In this document: one piece after another, positions 47,537 through 60,100 of the stretch
Position numbering within the stretch: position 1 is the stretch's first letter
How the letters are laid out: each line of letters begins with the position of its first letter
Source of the DNA: Chitinophaga pinensis
Lineage (GTDB): Bacteria; Bacteroidota; Bacteroidia; UKL13-3
DNA: 64,000 bases
Assembly: GCA_945870425.1 (NCBI GenBank)
Contig: CAMBSD010000006.1
Span: 69,735 to 133,734, forward strand
Direction: 5' to 3'
Notes under the pieces: model-generated
What the model saw: only the letters and a program-made list of their open reading frames with translations
The model's database searches: none
What the model was told of the DNA's origin: nothing
Program-made: the position numbers and the translations under genes

Positions 47537-50380
47537 TTAATGTGCTTCGAGCCAATTTGCACCTACACCCACTTCTGCTCTAACGGGAACATCAAGGTGC
47601 ATGGCACTTTCCATTTCTTCAATAATTAGTTTTTTCAAAAGATCTACCTCACTTTTGTGAGTATCGAACAATAGTTCATCGTGCACCTGCAAAATCATTT
47701 TCGAATGTCGTATTTCTGAGGAAGAATTTTGCATTCTTTTATGGATTTTTATCATCGCCATTTTAATCATATCAGCAGCACTACCTTGTATAGGTGCATT
47801 GATGGCATTTCGCTCAGCAAAACCTCTTACTGTGAAGTTTGCAGAATTGATATCACGCAAATACCTTCTTCTTCCTTGCAAAGTTTGAACAAAACCAAAC
47901 TCTTTAGCAAAGTTGATGCTATCGCTCATATAATTTTTTATACGAGGATACTGTTTGAAGTATTCGTCAATTATATGAGCAGCCTCTTTTCTCGGTATGC
48001 CAAGGTTTTCGGCCAATCCAAATGCAGATTGACCATATATAATTCCAAAGTTAACGGCTTTTGCATTTCGTCTTTGCGTTGATGTAACTTCCTCTAAAGA
48101 CACCCCATATACTTTAGCAGCTGTGGCAGCATGAATATCCAAATCATTTTTGAAGGCTTCTATCATGGCTTCTTCTTTGGCTATCGAAGCGACAATGCGC
48201 AATTCAATCTGCGAATAATCCGCACTCATCAATACATAATCATCATTGCGGGGAATAAAGGCTTTACGAATTTCTTTGCCTTTATCAGTGCGAATAGGAA
48301 TGTTTTGTAAGTTTGGATTGGTTGAAGACAAGCGTCCTGTGGCAGCTACAGCTTGGTTAAAAGAAGTATGAACCCGTCCTGTTTTAGGATTGATAAGCAA
48401 TGGCAATGAATCTACATAGGTTGATTTTAGCTTGCTAAACTGACGCACATCCAAAATCAGCTGTATGATTTCATGTTCACTTAATTTTTGCAAAACATCT
48501 TCGCCTGTTTGGTACTGACCTGTTTTGGTTTTTTTTGCTTTGGGGTCAAGTTTTAAATGGTCAAACAAAACTTCACCCAATTGTTTTGGACTGGCTATGT
48601 TAAAAGGTACTCCTGCCAATTCAATGATACGTTTTTCTAAGGCCTGCAAATCTGTTTCTAATGACTTGCTATATTCATCTAAAAAGGCTTTATTGATGTG
48701 AACACCTTCGCGCTCCATATCTGAAAGCACATCTATCAGTGGAAGTTCAATGTCATCAAGTAGTTTTGATGCATTGCGTTCGATAAGTTGTGGTTTTAAT
48801 TTTTGAGCGAGTTGATAGGTAATATCAGCATCTTCGGCTGCATATTCCTTTATTTTTTCGATTTCAACATCACGCATGTTTAATTGGTTTTTTCCTTTTT
48901 TACCTATCAAAGTGCTGATGGAAACAGGCTCATAATTCAAATAGATTTCACTTAAGTAATCCATGCCATGACGCATGTCTGGTTCGATTAAATAATGAGC
49001 TAGCATGGTATCAAACAAAGGACCTTTGAGTTTGATATCATATTGTTTTAAAATGCCTATATCGTACTTAATATTTTGCCCGATTTTGCATATGCTTGTA
49101 CTTTCGAATATGGGTTTAAAAAAATCTAAAATTCTCTTAGCTTCATTTTGCTCAGAAGGAAAAGGAATATAATAGGCTTCATGGTTTTTAATCGAAAATG
49201 ATAAGCCAACAATTTCGGCATTTAAGGTTTCTAAATCGGTTGTTTCGGTATCAAAGCAGATTTCTTTTTGAGCAAGCAATTGTGTTAATAATTCCTTGTA
49301 TTTTTCATCTGAATCTATCAAATGATAGGTATGAGCAATGTTTTCGATATTGTTTTTTATGCTTGCTTCTAAATTTTCAGTTCTTTCAGTGTTGCTTGAA
49401 TTTGTTTTTTCTGCAATGGGTGCAGGGTTAAACAAATCAAAGGCGGGTGCTGGTTGTTGTGTGTTTGAAAGCGCTTTGGCTGTTCCTCCAGCATTCTGAT
49501 TGTTTTGATTGCCAAACAATCGCGTTGCCATAGTTTTAAATTCTAACTTGGCAAACAATTCTTCGCAAGCCTCTTTGTTTGGAGGGTCTAATACAAGTGA
49601 TTTCTCGTCAAATTCAATAGGCACATTGATGTCAATAGTAGCCAATCGCTTGGATAGGAATGCCTTTTCTTTGTTGTTTTCTACATTTTCTTTTTGCTTG
49701 CCTTTTAGTTCATGGGTATGTTCATACAAACCTTCCATGCTACCGTATTTTTGAACTAAAAGTTTTGCAGTTTTCTCGCCAATGCCTGGTATACCCGGTA
49801 TATTATCCACCGCATCACCCCACATACCTAATATGTCAATAACCTGGTCAACCCTTTCTATCTCCCATTTTTTCAATACTTCAGGCACACCCATAATTTC
49901 GAAATCATTGCCAAGACGAGCAGGTTTGTATATAAAAATATTATCACTCACCAATTGCCCGAAATCTTTATCTGGGGTCATCATATACACCTTAAATCCT
50001 TCCATTTCAGCTTTTTTAGCAAGTGTTCCAATGATATCATCCGCTTCATATCCTGGTTTTATTAAAGTTGGAATATTAAAAGCTTCGGTAAGCTGCATGA
50101 TATAAGGCAATGCTGATGATATGCCCTCTGGCATTTCTTCTCTATGTGCTTTGTAGGCCTCAAATTCAATGTGTCTAGCTGTTGGCTCAGCAGTGTCAAA
50201 ACTTACGCCTATGTGAGTAGGCTTTTCTTTTTTTAAAATGTCTAAAACTGTGTTGGCATACCCGAAAATGGCAGAAGAGTTAAATCCATAACTGGTAATA
50301 CGAGGATTATTGCTAAATGCAAAATAAGCTCGATAGACTAAAGCCATACCATCTAGGAGAAAGAGTTTTTTTTCAGACAT
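47537..50380 (-). CDS. polA: DNA polymerase I
   Basis: 947 aa with a 5'-3' exonuclease N-domain (LLDGMALVYRAYFA) and polymerase motifs A/B/C (DYSQIELR, RRNAKAVNFGIIYG, QVHDEL). Confidence 0.92.
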   Translation of the reverse strand: MSEKKLFLLDGMALVYRAYFAFSNNPRITSYGFNSSAIFGYANTVLDILKKEKPTHIGVSFDTAEPTARHIEFEAYKAHREEMPEGISSALPYIMQLTEAFNIPTLIKPGYEADDIIGTLAKKAEMEGFKVYMMTPDKDFGQLVSDNIFIYKPARLGNDFEIMGVPEVLKKWEIERVDQVIDILGMWGDAVDNIPGIPGIGEKTAKLLVQKYGSMEGLYEHTHELKGKQKENVENNKEKAFLSKRLATIDINVPIEFDEKSLVLDPPNKEACEELFAKLEFKTMATRLFGNQNNQNAGGTAKALSNTQQPAPAFDLFNPAPIAEKTNSSNTERTENLEASIKNNIENIAHTYHLIDSDEKYKELLTQLLAQKEICFDTETTDLETLNAEIVGLSFSIKNHEAYYIPFPSEQNEAKRILDFFKPIFESTSICKIGQNIKYDIGILKQYDIKLKGPLFDTMLAHYLIEPDMRHGMDYLSEIYLNYEPVSISTLIGKKGKNQLNMRDVEIEKIKEYAAEDADITYQLAQKLKPQLIERNASKLLDDIELPLIDVLSDMEREGVHINKAFLDEYSKSLETDLQALEKRIIELAGVPFNIASPKQLGEVLFDHLKLDPKAKKTKTGQYQTGEDVLQKLSEHEIIQLILDVRQFSKLKSTYVDSLPLLINPKTGRVHTSFNQAVAATGRLSSTNPNLQNIPIRTDKGKEIRKAFIPRNDDYVLMSADYSQIELRIVASIAKEEAMIEAFKNDLDIHAATAAKVYGVSLEEVTSTQRRNAKAVNFGIIYGQSAFGLAENLGIPRKEAAHIIDEYFKQYPRIKNYMSDSINFAKEFGFVQTLQGRRRYLRDINSANFTVRGFAERNAINAPIQGSAADMIKMAMIKIHKRMQNSSSEIRHSKMILQVHDELLFDTHKSEVDLLKKLIIEEMESAMHLDVPVRAEVGVGANWLEAH

Positions 50381-50541
50381 GCTGGCAATATAAAAAAAAT
50401 TAGATTAGTGCTTAGGCTAATGTTATTGGAAAAGCGCTAAGACATGAATATTTGTAAATTTAATTTATTGGGGTGCGGTATTGAAAAGTATTTTTTATAT
50501 TCGGACACTTGATTATTAAATAATTAAAAATGATATAGAAT

Positions 50542-53500
50542 ATGGAAAGAGAAAATTACAGAATCTGTACTAATTCAATTTTAAAAGTTTTTTTTAGTTT
50601 GTTGATTCTTGCTAAAATTGGTTTGAACTCATCCAATGCGCAAAATATATATGGATTAGAGCCCATTCAAGTGGTAGGCCAAATGAATGGTTATTCAACA
50701 GCGGCTGGCTCAAATTCTAGCTACAGAAAGGTTTCAGTGACATCGGGAAATCCTACAGATGGAAGAGGACAATGGTTTAAAACCTATAATGTGGAATCAT
50801 CAGGTGGAGATTTTACACCAAGAAATATGACAGGTGGAGGAGGTTCAGGATTTTTATTTATTTCCGGCCCGAGTAGTAATCGATTTGCCAATAAGTGGGT
50901 TTTTTCTGGTGTTGGTCAAGGTGCCGTGAATGTTGTAAATACATGTAACGCCTATAACAGTGGTAATGACATGGGTTTGAATATGAATGCTGCAGGGTAT
51001 TATAGTTTTGTTTTTAATGATGTTGGATATACTGTTAGTAATGCAAAATATTATGTAGCATACACCAACTCTGCACCCATAAATGTTGCACGTACAGCCC
51101 AAAGGTTAAATTTTGACAGAAGCGCTCAAATTGATATCAACACAAGTGCTAGTCCATCTTTAAATGAAAATATCTATGTAAGATACACTACCTCGGCAGA
51201 TTTTTCAAGTGCAAATAGTAGCAATGTTGTTCAAGCTACAGCTAGTGGGAGTTCATGGAGTGCAAGTATTCCTGCCCAAGCAGCAGGCAGTACTGTAAAA
51301 TATTTGGTGTTTAGCTCAACAGTTTCATTAAACACTTTGAATTCAATGTCAGAACTTGATAAATCACTTTCAACTTTAAAGTATGATGATAATTCAGGTT
51401 CAAATTACAGCTACACATTAACAAATGCATTTGTTTCAGTGGCTAGTGGAAATTTTAGTGACACTGCCACATGGGGAGCAAGTCAATTATTTTCTGGTGC
51501 ATCTTATACGATATCTAATTCACATGTAGTTGCTTTGAATCAAGATATGACTGTTTCTAACCTAACAATTAATTCAGGTGGGACTTTCAGTAATAGTAGT
51601 TTTACTTTAAACGTTATGGCTAATGGAAGCCTTAATAACAATGGAGCCTATACCGTTACTTCGGGTAGATTAAATTTTGCAGGTGCCGGATCCCTTGGTG
51701 GTTCGCAAGCATGCACCTTGAATGACTTAACCATAAATTCGGGTACCGTAACCTTAAGTCAGGTGCCTACAATTAATGGAACATTGCTTATTAATGGGGG
51801 TAATGTGAGTGCTGCTCCAATATATGGTAGCGCATCTACATTGGCATACAATATTACATATAATCGATTCAACGAGTGGAATGCCAATGGCATCGAAAGT
51901 ATTGGAATCACTGCTGGTTATCCAAATAATGTTGAGATAAGAAGTGGTACCTTTGAGATTGCAAATTCGAGCACGCTTGCTAGGGCGCTAAACGGAAGTT
52001 TAACTATTAATCTGGGCGCTACATTTAATATTAGTTCAGCTAATATGACCCTGACTATAGGAGCTGATTTAATAAATAATGGAACTTTTACTGCTAGTAA
52101 TGGAACAGTAGTATTCCCTAGCAATTGTGCTATCAGTGGTAATGCGTCAGTGTTTAATAACATTAGTCTAAATGGTAATACAACTTTAAATAATGTCACA
52201 GTTAATGGAATTTTAAATTTTAATACAGGTGCTTCCATTGTTTCAGGTACACTTAACTATGGGTCATCCTCTACCCTGAAATACAATCTATGCCCTTCTT
52301 TGACTGGCTCGGAATGGCCAACTAATGCGGGGCCATTTAATATAACCCTTAATAGTAATGCAGGGTCACTTACCTTGAATGGCAGCAGAACCATCAATGG
52401 AAGCTTGAATATAGGCAGTGCAAGCACACTTGATGTGAGTAGCTCACATTATACTCTTTCCATAGGTAATAATGGTTCTATCGTAAATAGTGGTACTTTT
52501 AATGCTCAATCAGGATTAGTTGTCTTTGCAGGTGCAGCCAATGTGACAGGAACCATTTCATTTAATGATGTAAGCATCGCTGGGGGTGTGAATTTTGGTG
52601 CTAGCTCTACGGTAAATAATAGATTAACTATTTTGCCTAATGGTTATGTGAATACAAACCCTTGCTCATACGCAGCTGGTTCAACCTTGGTTTATAACAA
52701 TGGTTCAACCTATGTGGCAGGATCAGAATGGTTGTCAGGGATTACAACTGGAGCAGGAGTTCCCTTTCATGTTCAAGTAGGAAATGGAAATGCCAATTCA
52801 GCTTTGTCCTTAGGCAATGCAGCATACACATTAAGAGGTAATTTGACTATTGATACAAGTGCTGGTGCAGGATTATTTATGGGTAACACCTCATCTGTAT
52901 TAAACATATCTGGTGATTTTATCAATAATGGAAACAATGCGGCCAATCTAAATCCTGGTGCAGGAAGAATAAATTTTAATGGTGTTTCTACTCAAAATAT
53001 TGGTGGTAGTAATTCTAATTCGTTAGCGTTTAGCTTCAATTCAATTACATTAAACAATGCAAATGGATTGGTGTTAAACAAGGCTATTAGTATAGGTAGC
53101 AGTGGTATGTTAACTCTGACAAATGGCATCCTTACTACAGACATTACAAACATAATAATCATTAACAATACTTCTATATCATCTATAAGTGGCGCAAGCA
53201 GTATAGCTTATATTAATGGCCCAATTTCAAGAGCCTTGCCTTCAAATTATACTACTTCGAGCTCATTTTTATTTCCAATTGGAAAGGGTTCAAATTATAT
53301 GCCTTTAACTTTGGTAAATCCTAAAACAGGAACTGGCTCAATTATTTTAACAGCAAGCGTTGAAAATACAAACAGTAATGGTTCTGTAGGTTCAATGTTA
53401 TCTGCCATTAGCAATACTGAATATTGGCGCCTAACAGCAAGTGGTAATTTTATTAATAGCTCTATTTCATTAACCAGGAGTGCTAGCAATGGAATATACA

Positions 53501-56500
53501 ATGCTATTGCCAAAAGTAACAGCTTGAATGGTATATACAATTCAATAGGAGGAACAGTTTCATCAAACTCAATCTTGAATTCAGATACCACAAGCGGCAA
53601 TGATCTATATTTTGTTTTAGGTAGTTTATCTGTAACTACTATTAATGCAGATGGAGGTGTTGTTGCTAATCCAGGTGCTGGTAGTTCGGGATATTTTGGT
53701 AGTACCATTACCATCTCAGGAACCCAATTGGCAGGCATCACAGAGTTAAGAATCGGTGGAGCAAATGGAAGGATTATCCCTATTGTGAGTCAAACAGATA
53801 CAAGCATCACTATTTTTGCACAGGATACAAGCGGAGCGATTTATGTATCTAATGGCATAAGCAGTGTAACAAGCAATGAAACTTATTTGCACCTTGGTTA
53901 TATTTCAAATTCTAATGGTGATTGGAATACATCAAGTACCTGGTTGGGTAATACCATTCCTCCACTCACTTCATCAGTTTATGTTAAGGACTCCGTTGAT
54001 TTATCAAATACTTTGGTGCAAAGTAATTTAAACATACTGTCTTTGGGTAAGCTTAATATAAATAATGGAGATACCTTAAACATAAATAATTTGTCAAATG
54101 CAGGTATGGTATATGTTAATGGGGTGCTTTCAATCAATGACTATTCAACTAATTCATTGAATGGAATAATTACTTGTTCAAATGATGGTGCTATTAATCA
54201 ATATGATACTTTATCAAATCTTGGAACTATAGACATGCAGGGTTTGCTTAAGATTCTTTCATCAGGAAGGATTTTAAATAATGGTCCAATCTATGCTAAT
54301 ACGTCCAATTTATTTTATTCAACAGGTTCAAGTTATATTAGAGGTAAAGAGTGGAGTGCCATATCTGGCAACGGTTATCCAAATCATATTACCATAAACA
54401 ATGGTTCGACACTAAATATTGGAACACTTAGTTCTGCGATTGCATTGGCAGGAAACTTAAATTTAGGAGACGGTAATGGTGCTGGTAATTTGAATATGCA
54501 ATCCGCCAATCAACATATTCAGATTAATGGTAATTTAAATATTGGCTCTAATAGAGATACAAGCACTTTAACGCTGTCGAACAGCATCGGTGGTGATATA
54601 AAAGTAGCTGGTAATTGGATAAGAAGTGCAAATGGAAAATTTGTGAATAATACCCGAGCTGTTTTCTTTATTGGTTCAGGTTTATCTGAAATAAATGGGA
54701 GTGGTGGAGCCATATTTGATTATTTCATTAGTCAAAAAACTTCTTCAGCTTCCATTAGGTTGATGTCGAATGTTACTGTTTTGGCAAGTGCTTCTGGCAA
54801 TGCTATTAGTTTATCATCAGGAACAGAAGTTGATTTGAACGGGTTTAGTTTGAATCTGACCAATTCTACTTCATCAAATATTTTGGTTGATGGAGGTAAT
54901 GCATCATTTACTGGAATTGTTGGTTCATTGATAAACTTTACAAATGGCGTTAAAACAATTACTTCAAGTAATACAGGTAGGCTGACATTTGGCAGCAATG
55001 TAAAATTGATTGCCAGTAATGGAGGGATAAACTTTGGCGTGGATTTAACTATTGTCAATGGATCTTTGCTAATTAATTCAGGTGGGTATGTGTTAAATAA
55101 TTCATGTATTTATGGCAATGGTTCAACATTGGTTTATAATACAACAGGAACATATACAGCAGGAACAGAATGGGTTTCTAACCTTTCAAGTGGAACGGGT
55201 GTTCCATATAATGTCACAGTGAGTTATAATACAAATCTTAGTTTTGGTAGCACCAATCAATATAGACAGCTTAGTAATGATATCACAATTGCTAATGGTG
55301 CTACCTTAATACTTTCAAACTTGGCAGGGGGTGATTTAAGAATAAAAGGAAATTGGAAAAACGACAATATTACTGTTGGACAAGGATTGATACATAACAA
55401 TCGTGCAATCATTTTAAATGGCGTTGCCAACCAAAGCATGACCAACGAATCAGATGTGATTACAATTGGTTATTTGTTATTAGATAAACCTAGTGGAACG
55501 GCCATTTTGAATGATAGTTTAACATTAAACGGTACTTCTGGAGCTACAGCGCAAGTGTTACAATTAAATAATGTAGGATCTTTGGACTTAAATGGTAATG
55601 TCCTAACCATTGCGGGTAATCAAGTAAGGTCAATTCTTTGCAATGCTTCAAGGTTAATTACTGGTTCAAGCGGCAGTCAATTGAATTTTCCTTCAGGAAC
55701 AGGCGTAGCATTAATAGAAGGTGCTGGCACATTAACACTAGATTCAAATATCATTGTGTCGATATACAAAGGCGTGAATTTTGGTTTAAATAAGACTACC
55801 ATTAAGGGCACCTTAAGTATATATCCTGGTTCGTTTTGCAGCACCAATTCACCACTATATGGTGCTAATGCTAATTTGATTTACAACACTGGAAATTATT
55901 CAACAAGTAATGAATGGACCTTGACGAGTGTACCACATATTATTTACCTGAATTTAACCAATTCTTCAAATGCATTAAGTCTTTCAGGAAATAAAATAAT
56001 ATCGGGTATTCTAAACATAAATAGTGGAAATGTTCTTACAAATAATGATACATTGTTTATGAGTGCTGGATCCACATTGAATAGAATTGGTGGCTATATA
56101 ATAGGTAATTTGGCAAAATATTTTGATGTATCATCTATCAATACTAATACATTTGAAATTGGAACTTCATTAGGGTACACGCCCATTACCATTAGCTTCC
56201 CAAGCATTAATACTCCTGGTTTTGTAACTTGTAGGTCAAATGATAGCGATTACGCTTTTATTGCTAGTTCGGGTTTGAAACCAACCAAAAGTGTGAATCG
56301 AAATTGGCTGATTGCAAGTAAAGATGTTTCACCTATAAATTATAATGTCCTTGCAAATTATTTAAGTACAGATAACGACAATGGTGTTTCATTTAATTTT
56401 TATAAGGCTTCAATTTATAGTGGCTCTGCATGGTCATCAAAACTGAATCCCACATTTAGCCCAAACAGTACCACGAGTAGTTTCAGTGGAATTAGTTCAT

Positions 56501-57123
56501 TTGGTAATTTGCAAATTGGAGAAGATAGTACCTCGAGTTCATCACTGACAAGTATTTCAATAAAGGCATATTTGCAAGGGCTTTATATCGGAACAAGTAC
56601 CATGAATTCAGCTCCATTTAATGCTGATGGGGTAACTCCAAATTCTATTTCAGACACCATTCAAATTGAGCTGCATGAAGCAAACGCGCCTTATTCATTA
56701 GTAAATTCGACAATTGACACCATTAATACTTCGGGTTTAGCAAATGTGAATTTCCCTAATATAGTAATTGGAAACTCGTATTATGTTGTTTTGAAACATC
56801 GTAATTCTGTGGCTACATGGAGTTCGGTTCCGGTTTTGTTTTCGGCCACTGGAACCTCATTTGATTTTAGTACTTCGGATGCCCAAGCTTATGGAAATAA
56901 TCTCACAGATGATGGTAATGGCGTATATTTGATTTATGCAGGTGATATTAACCAAGATGGTTCAGTTGATTTTAATGATTATCCTGATTTGGATATCGGT
57001 AGTTCAAATGGAGATTTAGGTTATTTACCGTGTGATTTAAATGGTGATGCCTCTATAGATTTTAACGATTATCCTTTGATTGATTTGAATAGTAGTAACG
57101 GAATTATCGCACTTACTCCTTAA
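50542..57123 (+). CDS. giant secreted repeat protein (2193 aa) with a beta-helix/adhesin-like Asn/Gly/Ser/Thr-rich repeat body and a C-terminal dockerin-like shared module
   Basis: Signal peptide present. Several copies of a module of roughly 110 aa recur, of the form GSTLxYN...AG.EW......G.P.N..V.......L.....Y.L.G.L.I. The last ~190 aa are about 60% identical to the C-terminus of the next protein and include DINQDGSVDFNDY and DLNGDASIDFNDY. Confidence 0.6.
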   Translation: MERENYRICTNSILKVFFSLLILAKIGLNSSNAQNIYGLEPIQVVGQMNGYSTAAGSNSSYRKVSVTSGNPTDGRGQWFKTYNVESSGGDFTPRNMTGGGGSGFLFISGPSSNRFANKWVFSGVGQGAVNVVNTCNAYNSGNDMGLNMNAAGYYSFVFNDVGYTVSNAKYYVAYTNSAPINVARTAQRLNFDRSAQIDINTSASPSLNENIYVRYTTSADFSSANSSNVVQATASGSSWSASIPAQAAGSTVKYLVFSSTVSLNTLNSMSELDKSLSTLKYDDNSGSNYSYTLTNAFVSVASGNFSDTATWGASQLFSGASYTISNSHVVALNQDMTVSNLTINSGGTFSNSSFTLNVMANGSLNNNGAYTVTSGRLNFAGAGSLGGSQACTLNDLTINSGTVTLSQVPTINGTLLINGGNVSAAPIYGSASTLAYNITYNRFNEWNANGIESIGITAGYPNNVEIRSGTFEIANSSTLARALNGSLTINLGATFNISSANMTLTIGADLINNGTFTASNGTVVFPSNCAISGNASVFNNISLNGNTTLNNVTVNGILNFNTGASIVSGTLNYGSSSTLKYNLCPSLTGSEWPTNAGPFNITLNSNAGSLTLNGSRTINGSLNIGSASTLDVSSSHYTLSIGNNGSIVNSGTFNAQSGLVVFAGAANVTGTISFNDVSIAGGVNFGASSTVNNRLTILPNGYVNTNPCSYAAGSTLVYNNGSTYVAGSEWLSGITTGAGVPFHVQVGNGNANSALSLGNAAYTLRGNLTIDTSAGAGLFMGNTSSVLNISGDFINNGNNAANLNPGAGRINFNGVSTQNIGGSNSNSLAFSFNSITLNNANGLVLNKAISIGSSGMLTLTNGILTTDITNIIIINNTSISSISGASSIAYINGPISRALPSNYTTSSSFLFPIGKGSNYMPLTLVNPKTGTGSIILTASVENTNSNGSVGSMLSAISNTEYWRLTASGNFINSSISLTRSASNGIYNAIAKSNSLNGIYNSIGGTVSSNSILNSDTTSGNDLYFVLGSLSVTTINADGGVVANPGAGSSGYFGSTITISGTQLAGITELRIGGANGRIIPIVSQTDTSITIFAQDTSGAIYVSNGISSVTSNETYLHLGYISNSNGDWNTSSTWLGNTIPPLTSSVYVKDSVDLSNTLVQSNLNILSLGKLNINNGDTLNINNLSNAGMVYVNGVLSINDYSTNSLNGIITCSNDGAINQYDTLSNLGTIDMQGLLKILSSGRILNNGPIYANTSNLFYSTGSSYIRGKEWSAISGNGYPNHITINNGSTLNIGTLSSAIALAGNLNLGDGNGAGNLNMQSANQHIQINGNLNIGSNRDTSTLTLSNSIGGDIKVAGNWIRSANGKFVNNTRAVFFIGSGLSEINGSGGAIFDYFISQKTSSASIRLMSNVTVLASASGNAISLSSGTEVDLNGFSLNLTNSTSSNILVDGGNASFTGIVGSLINFTNGVKTITSSNTGRLTFGSNVKLIASNGGINFGVDLTIVNGSLLINSGGYVLNNSCIYGNGSTLVYNTTGTYTAGTEWVSNLSSGTGVPYNVTVSYNTNLSFGSTNQYRQLSNDITIANGATLILSNLAGGDLRIKGNWKNDNITVGQGLIHNNRAIILNGVANQSMTNESDVITIGYLLLDKPSGTAILNDSLTLNGTSGATAQVLQLNNVGSLDLNGNVLTIAGNQVRSILCNASRLITGSSGSQLNFPSGTGVALIEGAGTLTLDSNIIVSIYKGVNFGLNKTTIKGTLSIYPGSFCSTNSPLYGANANLIYNTGNYSTSNEWTLTSVPHIIYLNLTNSSNALSLSGNKIISGILNINSGNVLTNNDTLFMSAGSTLNRIGGYIIGNLAKYFDVSSINTNTFEIGTSLGYTPITISFPSINTPGFVTCRSNDSDYAFIASSGLKPTKSVNRNWLIASKDVSPINYNVLANYLSTDNDNGVSFNFYKASIYSGSAWSSKLNPTFSPNSTTSSFSGISSFGNLQIGEDSTSSSSLTSISIKAYLQGLYIGTSTMNSAPFNADGVTPNSISDTIQIELHEANAPYSLVNSTIDTINTSGLANVNFPNIVIGNSYYVVLKHRNSVATWSSVPVLFSATGTSFDFSTSDAQAYGNNLTDDGNGVYLIYAGDINQDGSVDFNDYPDLDIGSSNGDLGYLPCDLNGDASIDFNDYPLIDLNSSNGIIALTP

Positions 57124-57124
57124 A

Positions 57125-60100
57125 TTGTTCAAAATGAAAAGAACACTTCTTTTAGCGATTAAATTTTTTAGTGTTTGTTATCTATCTGCTCAGGTTTTGT
57201 CCGTGTCGGATAGTATCTTATATGCTAGATATTATAAACCTTTTTTGAACGACAATAAATTTTTTATTTCATCTTTTGATGGATTAGGAGATAATCATTT
57301 TCCAGAATTTAAAAGGGATTGTTCAAACTTAAATGGTGCTATAACCATTGGTGCAAATGCTGTTTGGTTTGGAGGAACTCTTGGTCTTAATCTATCAGGT
57401 AGTGGTATCAATAAATTAGGTATTTGGGACTCTGGAGCCATAAGAGGTACTCATAAAGAATTTAAAAATAGAGTGACTCAAATGGATGGATCTTCAACAC
57501 TAAGTTCACACTCTAATGGCGTTGCAGGAATAATGATGGCTTCTGGAGTACTACCTAATGCAAAAGGGATGTCTAATCAAGCAAATTTAAAAGCTTGGGA
57601 TTTTAATAATGATAGAGCAGAGATGTTAGCAGCTGCGAGTGGATTGTTGATTTCAAACCATTCTTATGCAAATTTAGCTGGTTGGTATAATACAGGTGGT
57701 ATCCAATATTGGCTTGGTGATACAACACTTAACCAAGATAATGATTGGAAGTATGGATTTTATGATAGCAGAACAGCTACTTGGGATAGTATATCATATC
57801 GTTTTCCTTATTACTTAATTGTGAAGGCAATTGGCAACGATAGGGGTATTAGTGTTCCGCAAGGTACACCTCATTATTTTTGGGATGGCTTTAATTGGAT
57901 TTATAGTAGTCGTATCAGAAACAATGTTGGTCCATATGATTGTATTGTTACATATGGTACTTCAAAAAATATTCTTTCAGTTGGAGCAGTTGATGTTTTG
58001 CCAAATGGATATGTTGCTCCACCCTTAATAATGCACTCAGGAAGCAGTTGGGGCCCAACAGATGATGGTAGAATTAAGCCAGATCTGGTTGCTGGAACGC
58101 CTACTTCAGTTACTCCAAGTAGTACCCATGATTCGGCATACCAATTTTTGGGGGGTACTTCCATCGCATCTGGTGCATCCTCTGGTTCATTGTTATTGCT
58201 TCAAGAACATTATTTTAACCTAAAAAATAGATATATGAGATCATCTACTTTGAAAGGTTTGGCTATTCACACCGCAAATAGATGTAAAACTAATTTTGGA
58301 CCTAACTATGAGAGTGGTTGGGGGTTACTAAATATCAGTAAGTCTGTTCAAGTTATAAGTGATTCTAACAACAATATAGTCAACGAGTATTCATTGAATA
58401 ACAATGATACATTTAATATGATGGTATATGTTAATGGGGTTGATACGGCTAAAGCAACCATCTGTTGGACCGACCCCCCTTCAGTGGTTACAGCGCCTGC
58501 TTATAATGATACGACTCCCAAATTGATAAATGATTTAGACTTAAGATTACTTTCATTGTCAAACGGACATGAGTATAAACCTTATATTTTGAATCCATAT
58601 AATCCAAGTGCAGCCGCCACTAATGGAGATAACTATAGAGATAATGTTGAACAAATTTATGGTATGGGATTGCCTCAAGGATTTTATAATTTAAGAGTTA
58701 CCCACAAGCGAAATTTGCAAAATAACCAAGCTCAAGAATTCTCCTTACTTAGTTCAAATTTTGCAACAACTTCTAGTATTATTACTGTTAGTAATTCTCC
58801 TACATCAAATAATAATATTTATAAAGGAACTAACAATGCTGTTTTATATAAAATAGATGTTTCTGTGCTTACTTCAGCTACTGCTCTTAATGAATTGCAT
58901 TTTACGAGCTCAGGTTCTTATACAGCAAGTGATATTAGTAATTTTAAAATTTGGTATCACAATGATTCTAATTTTAATTCAGGTACTCCTCAACTTTTAT
59001 CAACCCTTACAAATAATTTAGGTGGAGGTTTTCATAATATTACTGGCCTTAACAAAATTCTTAATTTAGGTTCTAGTTATATTTTTATAACAAGCGATAT
59101 TCCATGTGCTTCTTCAGCTAACTCCATAGCGATTAATGCGATTTCGACAAGTGATATAAAATTTGTTTGGGGTAGTGTTTCTGGAACTGGTTTCACCTCA
59201 AGTAGTATCAATATTGTATCTTCTGATATTGGTGCAATAGCAACTCCATCAACCAGTATTTGCATGGGTGATGCCGTTACATTGATTGGCATAGGTGCAT
59301 CAAGCTATAGCTGGGACAATGGCATTGTGGATGCAGAAGCATTTGTTCCAACTTCAACAACATCTTATAAAGTTATTGGCACTGATGATTATGGCTGCGA
59401 CTATGATACAATCATTACGATTGTTGTCAATAGTTTGCCTAATGTGGGAATCTTAGTCAATCCTTCAATTCATGTTTGCCTTGGTTCCAATGTTACTTTG
59501 TCAGGCACAGGAGCCAGCTCTTATCAATGGGGTGGAGGAATTACTAATGCAACATCATTTATACCTTCAAAATCTCCGTCAAATTATTTTGTTATTGGAC
59601 TTGATTCTATAACTGGCTGCCAGAATGTTGATAGTGTTACGATATATATTAATTCACCCATTAAAGTAGGTGCATCAAATTTCGCTATGTGTGCAGGAGA
59701 TAGTGTTGTACTATCTGCTTCGGGTGGCGTGAGTTATTTGTGGAGTCCTTCGTTTTCATTAAGTGCTTCGGTAGGTTCAAGTGTAACTGCTACCCCACAA
59801 AACACAACTACTTATATATTAACCGGGACGGATACAAGCGGTTGTGTCACCACTGATTCAATTTCCATTTTTGTATTTAATTCTGCTCCTGGAAATCCAT
59901 CTAGTTTTTTATCATCAAATATTTCGAATGAATCATTTGACTTAGATTGGACCCCAACGGCAAACACAGTGAATTATAGTATTGATGTTTCAACAGATCC
60001 CAATTTCAATAATATTTTAACTTCGTACAATGGATATAGTTTAACATCAACCCATACCTCAATTTCAGGTTTGACGGCAGGTACAACGTATTATGCACGT

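Noticed and set aside
50854-55445. Minus-strand ORFs inside the giant repeat-protein gene (50854..51102, 51918..52238, 53295..53741, 54519..55058, 55257..55445)
   Set aside because: They are products of the low-complexity, repeat-rich composition. The 6.6-kb sense ORF is uninterrupted and has a signal peptide.
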